Origin: Nemertoderma westbladi | Taxonomy: Eukaryota; Animalia; Xenacoelomorpha | Length of the DNA: 59,803 bases | Direction of reading: 5' to 3' | NCBI GenBank assembly: GCA_032718475.1 | Contig: JAUCBJ010004928.1 | Span: 1-59,803 of the forward strand | In this document: positions 1 through 13,100 of the stretch, piece by piece | How the letters are laid out: the number at the start of each line of letters is the position of its first letter | Position numbering within the stretch: position 1 is the first letter of the stretch | Program-made: the position numbers and the translations under genes | The notes under the pieces: generated by a model | What the model was told of the DNA's origin: nothing | Seen by the model: only the letters and a program-made list of their open reading frames with translations | The model's database searches: none

Positions 1-896
1 CCGTGTAAAACACTGTATAATATTAATTCCATTTAAATTTCATCATGCTTCTTTAGCGAATAATTACCGTTTTCAACAAAATTATGTTCTGCTGTGGTTT
101 CAAATCAAAATATAATTGTACTGTATAGAGTTTTCGTGCGATTATCTTATGATACCGTCACCTTAATAAATAAATATTTTTCAGCCGTTACAACTGACTG
201 TAAATATATTTTCAGAGATGCTGTGGTCTGGATCCCGAGATGACCACCCAGGAGCAAGAAGATGCAGTTTCCACGGTAACTAAGTGCAACATGCCGGACT
301 ACCCAATAGCAGAACCGAGTGTGCCACCCCCAGAATCGGACGATTTATAATTTACGTTTATCTGCGACCACCGACCTTGTACGTACAGTCGAATTAAATT
401 CCAAAAGTTACAAACATATTTACACAAACATATTTACAAAAACATATATTGGGAAAAACGATTTAATTCAATATGTTTTTTCTGAGATTAATTTTCAGTG
501 GACTAACACCCATATTAATTAATTGACCTCAAAATGTAGGATTGGAAGAAATATCATCTTTTGGATACATGGATGAGCGCAGATGTTAATATAAAGTCTC
601 TTATAAATTTTATAATTATTAATTCCATTGTAGTAATTTGTACTAGTAATTTACATATATTACAGTTTGAACCGGTTTAAAAAGTGACCTATCATAAAAA
701 GTTTGGTGCATTTTGTGTGAATGGTTAGGTATTCTTGTTGGACTGTACAACTGTACTGTCTTGATGTTACATACACTTAACTTGTTCTTTTCTGTAAAAC
801 TATAAGTAAATTCCACCCATTTTCAGTGTTTTGTTTTTGTACTGTGTACAGTACTGTTTATACAGTATAGGCCTACAATGTAAATAATATACTCAC

Positions 897-1137
897 AGAT
901 CTACAGTTTCATTAACTGTGTTCTCCATATATTCTTTATCTAAAGCACCAGTGGTAATGTTAGCTCTCCTGACTTCCTCTCTCGCACTCAGCATGTTATC
1001 GACTAGACCCCTGTAGTATTTCTCGTCAGATGTGTTGAAAAACTTTGCGTATCTTTGCAGGGCCTCTGTTTCGGTTCCCCGGACTTCAAGTTTATCCAGA
1101 AGATCAAGCCCTCGATTAGCCCAGGGTGTAATTTTGC
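897..1137 (-). CDS. SYNE1: SYNE1-like exon ([17 protein letters not shown]...NETVD)
   Basis: 241 nt, cag acceptor and GTGAGT donor, phase 1 to 2; ORF 893..1180. Confidence 0.8.
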
Positions 1138-4100
1138 CTGTATTAGTAGAAAGGATTATATATAAAGTATATTGCATCATATTGATTCAAATTATTTTGT
1201 ATTTAATTTATAAATTTCCAAAGTGACATACAGTATTCGTATCAGATGGGGCGAGCCACGAAGTCTGAGCCCGTCCGCAATGCATATTTGACCCGAACCA
1301 CTACTAAACAATATATGATACTGTTTGCTGTTCCCTACTCTTATATATTTTTATACTGATATACAGAATAATATATTATTCTGTAATGTTGCATCAGATT
1401 ATATTTGATTGAATTGTTTTTAATGTCATGGGTATCATTCATACTCCCAGCCATTGCCGGCTTATCCGACATAACAATATTACATTTACATACAAAACAT
1501 TAACAACAACTGCACAATAACTTCACAAAATTAACTGCACAATAAAGACCTGACAAGATAGTTTATGGTTTATTAATTGAGAGAGTATAAAAACGTTTTT
1601 TATGGTTGCTATGTTTATAGTTGTCATATATATTTACAAACCTATGCAATCATGAATATCGTTTAGAGGTGGAGATATTTCACTAAACATCCTGATTTGA
1701 TCTCCAGCTGCAGTCCGTATGCCAAGCAATCTGTCTTTGATCATTTTAAGCGTGTTGAGCATGGATGAAACAGCTTCAGGAGATAAATCTTTTACCATGG
1801 ATTGCGCTGAAGAATTACAATAAACACGAGTGAACAGTGACACAGGACAGAATTCCTATAGGGTCAGGTATACTAAGTAAGTGATATGTTTAATAGGCTA
1901 CTGTGTAAGCGCTTTATAAAATATTAGGGTTAAATAATATTATGTTGAAAAATAGGGTCTATACCCTGGTTCAAAAAATAATAAGTGTAAGTATCAGTCA
2001 ATTTGACGTAGGGGCCTACCACCTACCAGTCTAATTGATCCAACTTTCTTCTGTATGTACGTATATACAATCACATCACATCAAACGTAACCCTGTTATA
2101 TCTGATTACACAAGAAACACACAAGTATTCAAACCCCTTCTTTATAAGAAGTTAAAATAAAAATCCCTTTCGCTGAAAACTGAATTAAACATAACCATTT
2201 TTGAGTTATATTAATCTCCTCTTAAAACAAACAATTTCTAGACCATATTTCTGAAAACGTTTATAGCTTCTGTTTCCTTACAATCCCAAATAACATACCT
2301 CCCATCGATGTCGTTTTAAATAGTGTTTCCATTTCAGTAATTTCTTCTCTGACGTTCTCGAGGTCTTCAATGTTGTATTTGACAGGGAAGTAGGCGCAGA
2401 GGACATTGCCATTGAGCAAGATGTCCGCGTCTTCTATCCAAGACTCTAGTTTATCCACACTTGTATTATATTCTTCCATTAGTCTAGAAAAATATATATG
2501 TAATCTTAATGAATTTTGGAGCAGTTTGGTAATTTAGTAGCAAATTAAAGTTGTTGCAAAACTTTACTGTCTTGCATTCCATCAACAAATAAATCATAGA
2601 CTCAACCAGTAAGTCCTGAATTAATGATATGTGTAAATGTGTCTTCAAAATTATGGTGATTGTTTGCAAACATATAACGCCAAGCAATAAATTACTTGCT
2701 GTGTAGTTAAGTAATTTTTTCATATGTTTGAACCGTAACCGTTTCAGCCTAAACCAACTTACCTTGATACCTCGTCAGCTCTCATGTAAACCCGCACGCA
2801 ATCGAATATATCACGCCATCTAGAGTTGAGTAGGAGAAGCTGATGTTTGATATCCAATGCAACTTCGTCGTCAGTGCAATCAATGAGGAAGTTGCCGCAG
2901 CTGTTCATTTCCGTGTGAATTCGCTGCCAATGTTTCAAATTCGCGAAGAATTGTTTTTGTTCCTAAAATCATAAAACCACAACCGATCGCGAAGAATTCA
3001 AACAGATTGGTAGGGTCGATTTATTTGTCAGATATTTGAAAATGAAATCGAATAAACGGTGGGATGGTTAAAGAGTCACCGTTGGCTGATTTGAGCTTCT
3101 GAAATGAGCTCTTGTCAGACTGGCTGCCAAGTAAACGTGTATTGGAAAACTTAGTCAAACCTATCCTTTTAAACAACGTTAGAGCTACTTGGGTATGATT
3201 TATTTGTGTGACTTTTTATTTCTATTTTCGGCGAATAGCTCACCATGGGAATGAATAAATATTATGAATATGAAATAACAGATTTGTTTGTAACATGATA
3301 AATCTATAATTAAATATTAATATTAACTGAACAATGAAATATATATAGTTGATGCATAATATATGGTATGGATTGTACCTCGTCCGGCCGATGTACCAAC
3401 CTCGTCTGGCCTATGTACCATTGGTTCTGCTGTGTCCAACCATTTCTGCAAACTATCTACGGATTCATTGTATTTCAACCAATAATCCAAAACCTAAATA
3501 AGGAAAAAAAACATTATCAACATAAGAAACGTTCATCATCAACAGCAGCAACATCATTTACAATAATGTGCAATTTATAGTTTGCATGTGAAAGAATATA
3601 TGCTCAACGTATAGCGAGATACCATATTAATCCACCCATAAAAAATGCAAACTCATAGATAAAAAAACCCAAAAAATAACATTAAACCAAATCCAGGTGG
3701 AGGCAAGAAGGCACAGGGTGCTAGGCCAGTTACAAATATGTCTACATAATACAATAAAAATTTAGTACTGCGGAAACACACATTAAGAAGACATTGCAAC
3801 TAGGTATGATGTCCTTCCATTATGTAAGTATAATTTTGGTTAATATTTAATTTCTGCTTTCTGGGTTATAATTTCGGGACTACCTTAGGGGTTAGAAATA
3901 AGTAAAGTAAACAACGAAAATTTAATATGCCTCTCCTCCAGGTTCGATCACGGAACCTGCCAGAAGTGGATCAAACGATTAACCTCGAAATCGTTAGTTG
4001 GTTATATTAAGATATTGAGTTGCCAGGATATTGCATGTAAATCATGTTGTAAATTTTCTTTTCAACTTACCTCCTCTAACATTGTTCGCATACTCTTTCC

Positions 4101-7100
4101 AACTTACCTCCTCTAACATTGTTCGCATACTCTTTCCAACTTACCTCCTCTAACATTGTTCGCATACTCTTTCCAACTTACCTCCTCTAACATTGTTCGC
4201 ATACTCTTTCCAACTTACCTCCTCTAACATTGTTCGCATACTCTTTCCAACTTACCTCCTCTAACATTGTTCGTTTCTTTCCAACTTACCTCCTCTAACA
4301 TTGTTCGCATACTCTTTCCAACTTACCTCCTCTAACATTGTTCGCATACTCTTTCCAACTTACCTCCTCTAACATTGTTCGCATACTCTTTCCAACTTAC
4401 CTCCTCTAACATTGTTCGCATACTCTTTCCAACTCACCTCCTCTAACATTGTTCCCATACTCTTTCCAACTTACCTCCTCTAAGATTGTTCGCATACTCT
4501 TTCCAACTTACCTCCTCTAACATTGTTCGCATACTCTTTCCAACTTACCTCCTCTAACATTGTTCGCATACTCTTTCCAACTTACCTCCTCTAACATTGT
4601 TCGCATACTCTTTCCAACTCACCTCCTCTAACATTGCTCGTTTCTTTCCAACTTACCTTCTCTAACATTGTTCGCATACTCTTTCCAACTTACCTCCTCT
4701 AACATTGTTCGCATACTCTTTCCAACTCACCTCCTCTAACATTGCTCGTTTCTTTCCAACTTACCTTCTCTAACATTGTTCGCATACTCTTTCCAACTTA
4801 CCTCCTCTAACATTGTTCGCATACTCTTTCCAACTTACCTCCTCTAACATTGTTCGCATACTCTTTCCAACTTACCTCCTCTAACATTGTTCGCATACTC
4901 TTTCCAACTTACCTCCTCTAACATTGTTCGCATACTCTTTCCAACTTACCTCCTCTAACATTGTTCGCATACTCTTTCCAACTCACCTCCTCTAACATTG
5001 CTCGTTTCTTTCCAACTTACCTTCTCTAACATTGTTCGCATACTCTTTCCAACTTACCTCCTCTAACATTGTTCGTTTCTTTCCAACTCACCTCCTCTAA
5101 CATTGTTCGCATACTCTTTCCAACTTACCTTCTCTAACATTGTTCGCATACTCTTTCCAACTTACCTTCTCTAACATTGTTCGCATACTCTTTCCAACTT
5201 ACCTCCTTTAACATTGTTCGTTTCTTTCCAACTTACCTTCACTAACATTGTTCGCATACTCTTTCCAACTTACCTCCTTTAACATTGCTCGTTTCTTTCC
5301 AACTTACCTCCTCTAACATTGTTCGCATACTCTTTCCAACTTACCTCCTCTAACATTGTTCGCATACTCTTTCCAACTCACCTCCTCTAACATTGTTCGC
5401 ATACTCTTTCCAACTCACCTCCTCTAACATTGTTCGTTTCTTTCGAACTTACCTCCTCTAACATTGTTCGCATACTCTTTCCAACTTACCTCCTCTAACA
5501 CTGTTCGCATACTCTTTCCAACTTACCTCCTCTAACATTATTCGCATACTCTTTCCAACTTACCTCCTCTAACATTGTTCGTTTCTTTCCAACTTACCTT
5601 CTCTAACATTGTTCGCATACTCTTTCCAACTTACCTCCTTTAACATTGTTCGTTTCTTTCCAACTTACCTTCACTAACATTGTTCGCATACTCTTTCCAA
5701 CTTACCTCCTTTAACATTGCTCGTTTCTTTCCAACTTACCTCCTCTAACATTGTTCGCATACTCTTTCCAACTTACCTCCTCTAACATTGTTCGCATACT
5801 CTTTCCAACTTACCTCCTCTAACATTGTTCGCATACTCTTTCCAACTCACCTCCTCTAACATTGTTCGTTTCTTTCCAACTTACCTTCTCTAACATTGTT
5901 CGCATACTCTTTCCAACTTACCTCCTTTAACATTGTTCGTTTCTTTCCAACTTACCTTCACTAACATTGTTCGCATACTCTTTCCAACTTACCTCCTTTA
6001 ACATTGCTCGTTTCTTTCCAACTTACCTCCTCTAACATTGTTCGCATACTCTTTCCAACTTACCTCCTCTAACATTGTTCGCATACTCTTTCCAACTTAC
6101 CTCCTCTAACATTGTTCGCATACTCTTTCCAACTCACCTCCTCTAACATTGTTCGCATACTCTTTCCAACTTACCTCCTCTAACATTGTTCGCATACTCT
6201 TTCCAACTCACCTCCTCTAACATTGTTCGCATACTCTTTCCAACTCACCTCCTCTAACATTGTTCGTTTCTTTCGAACTTACCTCCTCTAACATTGTTCG
6301 CATACTCTTTCCAACTTACCTCCTCTAACATTTTTCGCATACTCTTTCCAACTTACCTTCTCTAACATTGTTCGCATACTCTTTCCAACTTACCTCCTCT
6401 AACATTGTTCGTTTCTTTCCAACTTACCTTCTCTAACATTGTTCGCATACTCTTTCCAACTTACCTTCTCTAACATTGTTCGCATACTCTTTCCAACTTA
6501 CCTCCTTTAACATTGCTCGTTTCTTTCCAACTTACCTCCTCTAACATTGTTCGCATACTCTTTCCAACTTACCTCCTCTAACATTGTTCGCATACTCTTT
6601 CCAACTTACCTCCTCTAACATTGTTCGCATACTCTTTCCAACTCACCTCCTCTAACATTGTTCGCATACTCTTTCCAACTTACCTCCTCTAACATTGTTC
6701 GCATACTCTTTCCAACTCACCTCCTCTAACATTGTTCGCATACTCTTTCCAACTCACCTCCTCTAACATTGTTCGTTTCTTTCGAACTTACCTCCTCTAA
6801 CATTGTTCGCATACTCTTTCCAACTTACCTCCTCTAACATTGTTCGCATACTCTTTCCAACTCACCTCCTCTAACATTGTTCGCATACTCTTTCCAACTT
6901 ACCTCCTCTAACATTGTTCGCATACTCTTTCCAACTCACCTCCTCTAACATTGTTCGCATACTCTTTCCAACTCACCTCCTCTAACATTGTTCGTTTCTT
7001 TCGAACTTACCTCCTCTAACATTGTTCGCATACTCTTTCCAACTTACCTCCTCTAACATTTTTCGCATACTCATTCCAACTTACCTTCTCTAACATTGTT

Positions 7101-10100
7101 CGCATACTCTTTCCAACTTACCTCCTCTAACATTGTTCGTTTCTTTCCAACTTACCTCCTCTAACATTTTTCGCATACTCTTTCCAACTTACCTTCTCTA
7201 ACATTGTTCGCATACTCTTTCCAACTTACCTCCTCTAACATTGTTCGTTTCTTTCCAACTTACCTTCTCTAACATTGTTCGCATACTCTTTCCAACTTAC
7301 CTCCTCTAACATTGTTCGCATACTCTTTCCAACTCACCTCCTCTAACATTGTTCGTTTCTTTCGAACTTACCTCCTCTAACATTGTTCGCATACTCTTTC
7401 CAACTTACCTCCTCTAACATTGTTCGCATACTCTTTCCAACTTACCTCCTCTAACATTGCTCATTTCTTTCCAACTTACCTTCTCTAACATTGTTCGCAT
7501 ACTCTTTCCAACTTACCTCCTCTAACATTGTTCGCATACTCTTTCCAACTTACCTTCTCTAACATTGTTCGCATACTCTTTCCAACTTACCTCCTCTAAC
7601 ATTGTTCGCATACTCTTTCCAACTTACCTCCTCTAACATTGTTCGCATACTCTTTCCAACTTACCTCCTCTAACATTGTTCGCATACTCTTTCCAACTTA
7701 CCTCCTCTAACATTGTTCGTTTCTTTCCAACTTACCTCCTCTAACATTGTTCCCATACTCTTTCCAACTTACCTCCTCTAACATTGTTCGCATACTCTTT
7801 CCAACTTACCTCCTCTAACATTGTTCCCATACTCTTTCCAACTTACCTCCTCTAACATTGTTCGCATACTCTTTCCAACTTACCTCCTCTAACATTGTTC
7901 GCATACTCTTTCCAACTTACCTCCTCTAACATTGTTCGCATACTCTTTCCAACTTACCTCCTCTAACATTGTTCGCATACTCTTTTCAACTTACCTCCTC
8001 TAACATTGTTCGCATACTCTTTCCAACTTACCTCCTCTAACATTGTTCGTTTCTTTCCAACTTACCTTCTCTAACATTGTTCGCATACTCTTTCCAACTT
8101 ACCTTCTCTAACATTGTTCGCATACTCTTTCCAACTTACCTCCTCTAACATTGTTCGCATACTCTTTCCAACTTACCTCCTCTAACATTGTTCGCATACT
8201 CTTTCCAACTTACCTCCTCTAACATTGTTCGTTTCTTTCCAACTTACCTTCTCTAACATTGTTCGCATACTCTTTCCAACTTACCTTCTCTAACATTGTT
8301 CGCATACTCTTTCCAACTTACCTCCTCTAACATTGTTCGCATACTCTTTCCAACTTACCTCCTCTAACATTGTTCGCATACTCTTTCCAACTTACCTCCT
8401 CTAATATTGTTCGCATACTCTTTCCAACTTACCTTCTCTAATATTGTTCGCATACTCTTTCCAACTTACCTTCTCTAACATTGTTTGCATACTCTTTCCA
8501 ACTTACCTTCTCTAACATTGTTCGCATACTCTTTCAAACTTACCTTCTCTAACATTGTTCGGATACTCTTTCCAACTTACCTTCTCTAACATTGTTCGCA
8601 TACTCTTTCCAACTCACCTCCTCTAACATTGCTCGTTTCTTTCCAACTTACCTCCTCTAACATTGTTCGCATACTCTTTCCAACTTACCTCCTCTAACAT
8701 TGTTCGTTTCTTTCCAACTTACCTCCTCTAACATTGTTCGCATACTCTTTCCAACTTACCTCCTCTAACATTGTTCGCATACTCTTTCCAACTTACCTCC
8801 TCTAACATTGTTCCCATACTCTTTCCAACTTACCTCCTCTAACATTGTTCGCATACTCTTTCCAACTTACCTCCTCTAACATTGTTCGCATACTCTTTCC
8901 AACTTACCTCCTCTAACATTGTTCCCATACTCTTTCCAACTTACCTCCTCTAACATTGTTCGCATACTCTTTCCAACTTACCTCCTCTAATATTGTTCGC
9001 ATACTCTTTCCAACTTACCTTCTCTAACATTGTTCGCATACTCTTTCCAACTTACCTTCTCTAACATTGTTCGCATACTCTTTCCAACTTACCTTCTCTA
9101 ACATTGTTCGCATACTCTTTCCAACTTACCTTCTCTAACATTGTTTGCATACTCTTTCCAACTCACCTCCTCTAACATTGCTCGTTTCTTTCCAACTTAC
9201 CTCCTCTAACATTGTTCGCATACTCTTTCCAACTTACCTCCTCTAACATTGTTCGTTTCTTTCCAACTTACCTCCTCTAACATTGTTCGCATACTCTTTC
9301 CAACTTACCTCCTCTAACATTGTTCGTTTCTTTCCAACTTACCTCCTCTAACATTTTTCGCATACTCTTTCCAACTTACCTTCTCTAACATTGTTCGCAT
9401 ACTCTTTCCAACTTACCTCCTCTAACATTGTTCGTTTCTTTCCAACTTACCTTCTCTAACATTGTTCGCATACTCTTTCCAACTTACCTCCTCTAACATT
9501 GTTCGCATACTCTTTCCAACTCACCTCCTCTAACATTGTTCGTTTCTTTCGAACTTACCTCCTCTAACATTGTTCGCATACTCTTTCCAACTTACCTCCT
9601 CTAACATTGTTCGCATACTCTTTCCAACTTACCTCCTCTAACATTGCTCATTTCTTTCCAACTTACCTTCTCTAACATTGTTCGCATACTCTTTCCAACT
9701 TACCTCCTCTAACATTGTTCGCATACTCTTTCCAACTTACCTTCTCTAACATTGTTCGCATACTCTTTCCAACTTACCTCCTCTAACATTGTTCGCATAC
9801 TCTTTCCAACTTACCTCCTCTAACATTGTTCGCATACTCTTTCCAACTTACCTCCTCTAACATTGTTCGCATACTCTTTCCAACTTACCTCCTCTAACAT
9901 TGTTCGTTTCTTTCCAACTTACCTCCTCTAACATTGTTCCCATACTCTTTCCAACTTACCTCCTCTAACATTGTTCGCATACTCTTTCCAACTTACCTCC
10001 TCTAACATTGTTCCCATACTCTTTCCAACTTACCTCCTCTAACATTGTTCGCATACTCTTTCCAACTTACCTCCTCTAACATTGTTCGCATACTCTTTCC

Positions 10101-13100
10101 AACTTACCTCCTCTAACATTGTTCGCATACTCTTTCCAACTTACCTCCTCTAACATTGTTCGCATACTCTTTTCAACTTACCTCCTCTAACATTGTTCGC
10201 ATACTCTTTCCAACTTACCTCCTCTAACATTGTTCGTTTCTTTCCAACTTACCTTCTCTAACATTGTTCGCATACTCTTTCCAACTTACCTTCTCTAACA
10301 TTGTTCGCATACTCTTTCCAACTTACCTCCTCTAACATTGTTCGCATACTCTTTCCAACTTACCTCCTCTAACATTGTTCGCATACTCTTTCCAACTTAC
10401 CTCCTCTAACATTGTTCGTTTCTTTCCAACTTACCTTCTCTAACATTGTTCGCATACTCTTTCCAACTTACCTTCTCTAACATTGTTCGCATACTCTTTC
10501 CAACTTACCTCCTCTAACATTGTTCGCATACTCTTTCCAACTTACCTCCTCTAACATTGTTCGCATACTCTTTCCAACTTACCTCCTCTAATATTGTTCG
10601 CATACTCTTTCCAACTTACCTTCTCTAATATTGTTCGCATACTCTTTCCAACTTACCTTCTCTAACATTGTTTGCATACTCTTTCCAACTTACCTTCTCT
10701 AACATTGTTCGCATACTCTTTCAAACTTACCTTCTCTAACATTGTTCGGATACTCTTTCCAACTTACCTTCTCTAACATTGTTCGCATACTCTTTCCAAC
10801 TCACCTCCTCTAACATTGCTCGTTTCTTTCCAACTTACCTCCTCTAACATTGTTCGCATACTCTTTCCAACTTACCTCCTCTAACATTGTTCGTTTCTTT
10901 CCAACTTACCTCCTCTAACATTGTTCGCATACTCTTTCCAACTTACCTCCTCTAACATTGTTCGCATACTCTTTCCAACTTACCTCCTCTAACATTGTTC
11001 CCATACTCTTTCCAACTTACCTCCTCTAACATTGTTCGCATACTCTTTCCAACTTACCTCCTCTAACATTGTTCGCATACTCTTTCCAACTTACCTCCTC
11101 TAACATTGTTCCCATACTCTTTCCAACTTACCTCCTCTAACATTGTTCGCATACTCTTTCCAACTTACCTCCTCTAATATTGTTCGCATACTCTTTCCAA
11201 CTTACCTTCTCTAACATTGTTCGCATACTCTTTCCAACTTACCTTCTCTAACATTGTTCGCATACTCTTTCCAACTTACCTTCTCTAACATTGTTCGCAT
11301 ACTCTTTCCAACTTACCTTCTCTAACATTGTTTGCATACTCTTTCCAACTCACCTCCTCTAACATTGCTCGTTTCTTTCCAACTTACCTCCTCTAACATT
11401 GTTCGCATACTCTTTCCAACTTACCTCCTCTAACATTGTTCGTTTCTTTCCAACTTACCTCCTCTAACATTGTTCGCATACTCTTTCCAACTTACCTCCT
11501 CTAACATTGTTCGTTTCTTTCGAACTTACCTCCTCTAACATTGTTCGCATACTCTTTCCAACTTACCTCCTCTAACATTGTTCGCATACTCTTTCCAACT
11601 TACCTCCTCTAACATTGTTCGCATACTCTTTCCAACTTACCTCCTCTAACATTGTTCCCATACTCTTTCCAACTTACCTCCTCTAACATTGTTCGCATAC
11701 TCTTTCCAACTTACCTTCTCTAACATTGTTCGCATACTCTTTCCAACTTACCTTCTCTAACATTGTTCGCATACTCTTTCCAACTTACCTTCTCTAACAT
11801 TGTTCGCATACTCTTTCCAACTTACCTCCTCTAACATTGTTCGCATACTCTTTCCAACTTACCTTCTCTAACATTGTTCGCATACTCTTTCCAACTTACC
11901 TCCTCTAACATTGTTCGCATACTCTTTCCAACTTACCTCCTCTAACATTGTTCGTTTCTTTCCAACTTACCTCCTCTAACATTGTTCGCATACTCTTTCC
12001 AACTTACCTTCTCTAACATTGTTCGCATACTCTTTCCAACTTACCTCCTCTAACATTGTTCGCATACTCTTTCCAACTTACCTCCTCTAACATTGTTCCC
12101 ATACTCTTTCCAACTTACCTCCTCTAACATTGTTCGCATACTCTTTCCAACTTACCTCCTCTAACATTGTTCGCATACTCTTTCCAACTTACCTCCTCTA
12201 ACATTGTTCCCATACTCTTTCCAACTTACCTCCTCTAACATTGTTCGCATACTCTTTCCAACTTACCTCCTCTAACATTGTTCGCATACTCTTTCCAACT
12301 TACCTCCTCTAATATAGTTCGCATACTCTTTCCAACTTACCTTCTCTAATATTGTTCGCATACTCTTTCCAACTTACCTTCTCTAACATTGTTCGCATAC
12401 TCTTTCCAACTTACCTTCTCTAACATTGTTCGCATACTCTTTCCAACTTACCTTCTCTAACATTGTTCGCATACTCTTTCCAACTTACCTTCTCTAACAT
12501 TGTTCGCATACTCTTTCCAACTTACCTTCTCTAACATTGTTCGCATACTCTTTCCAACTTACCTCCTCTAACATTGTTCGCATACTCTTTCCAACTTACC
12601 TTCTCTAACATTGTTCGCATACTCTTTCCAACTTACCTCCTCTAACATTGTTCGCATACTCTTTCCAACTTACCTCCTCTAACATTGTTCGTTTCTTTCC
12701 AACTTACCTCCTCTAACATTGTTCGCATACTCTTTCCAACTTACCTCCTCTAACATTGTTCGCATACTCTTTCCAACTTACCTCCTCTAATATTGTTCGC
12801 ATACTCTTTCCAACTTACCTCCTCTAACATTGTTCACATACTCTTTCCAACTTATCTCCTCTAACATTGTTCGCATACTCTTTTCAACTTACCTCCTCTA
12901 ATATTGTTCGCATACTCTTTCCAACTTACCTCCTCTAACATTGTTCACATACTCTTTCCAACTTATCTCCTCTAACATTGTTCGCATACTCTTTCCAACT
13001 TACCTCCTCTAACATTGTTCGCATACTCTTTCCAACTTACCTTCTCTAACATTGTTCGCATACTCTTTCCAACTTACCTCCTCTAATATTGTTCGCATAC

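Noticed and set aside
528-600. Next SYNE1 exon after 897
   Set aside because: One acceptor choice gives a stop and the other a non-spectrin-like peptide; the region looks like a repeat end.
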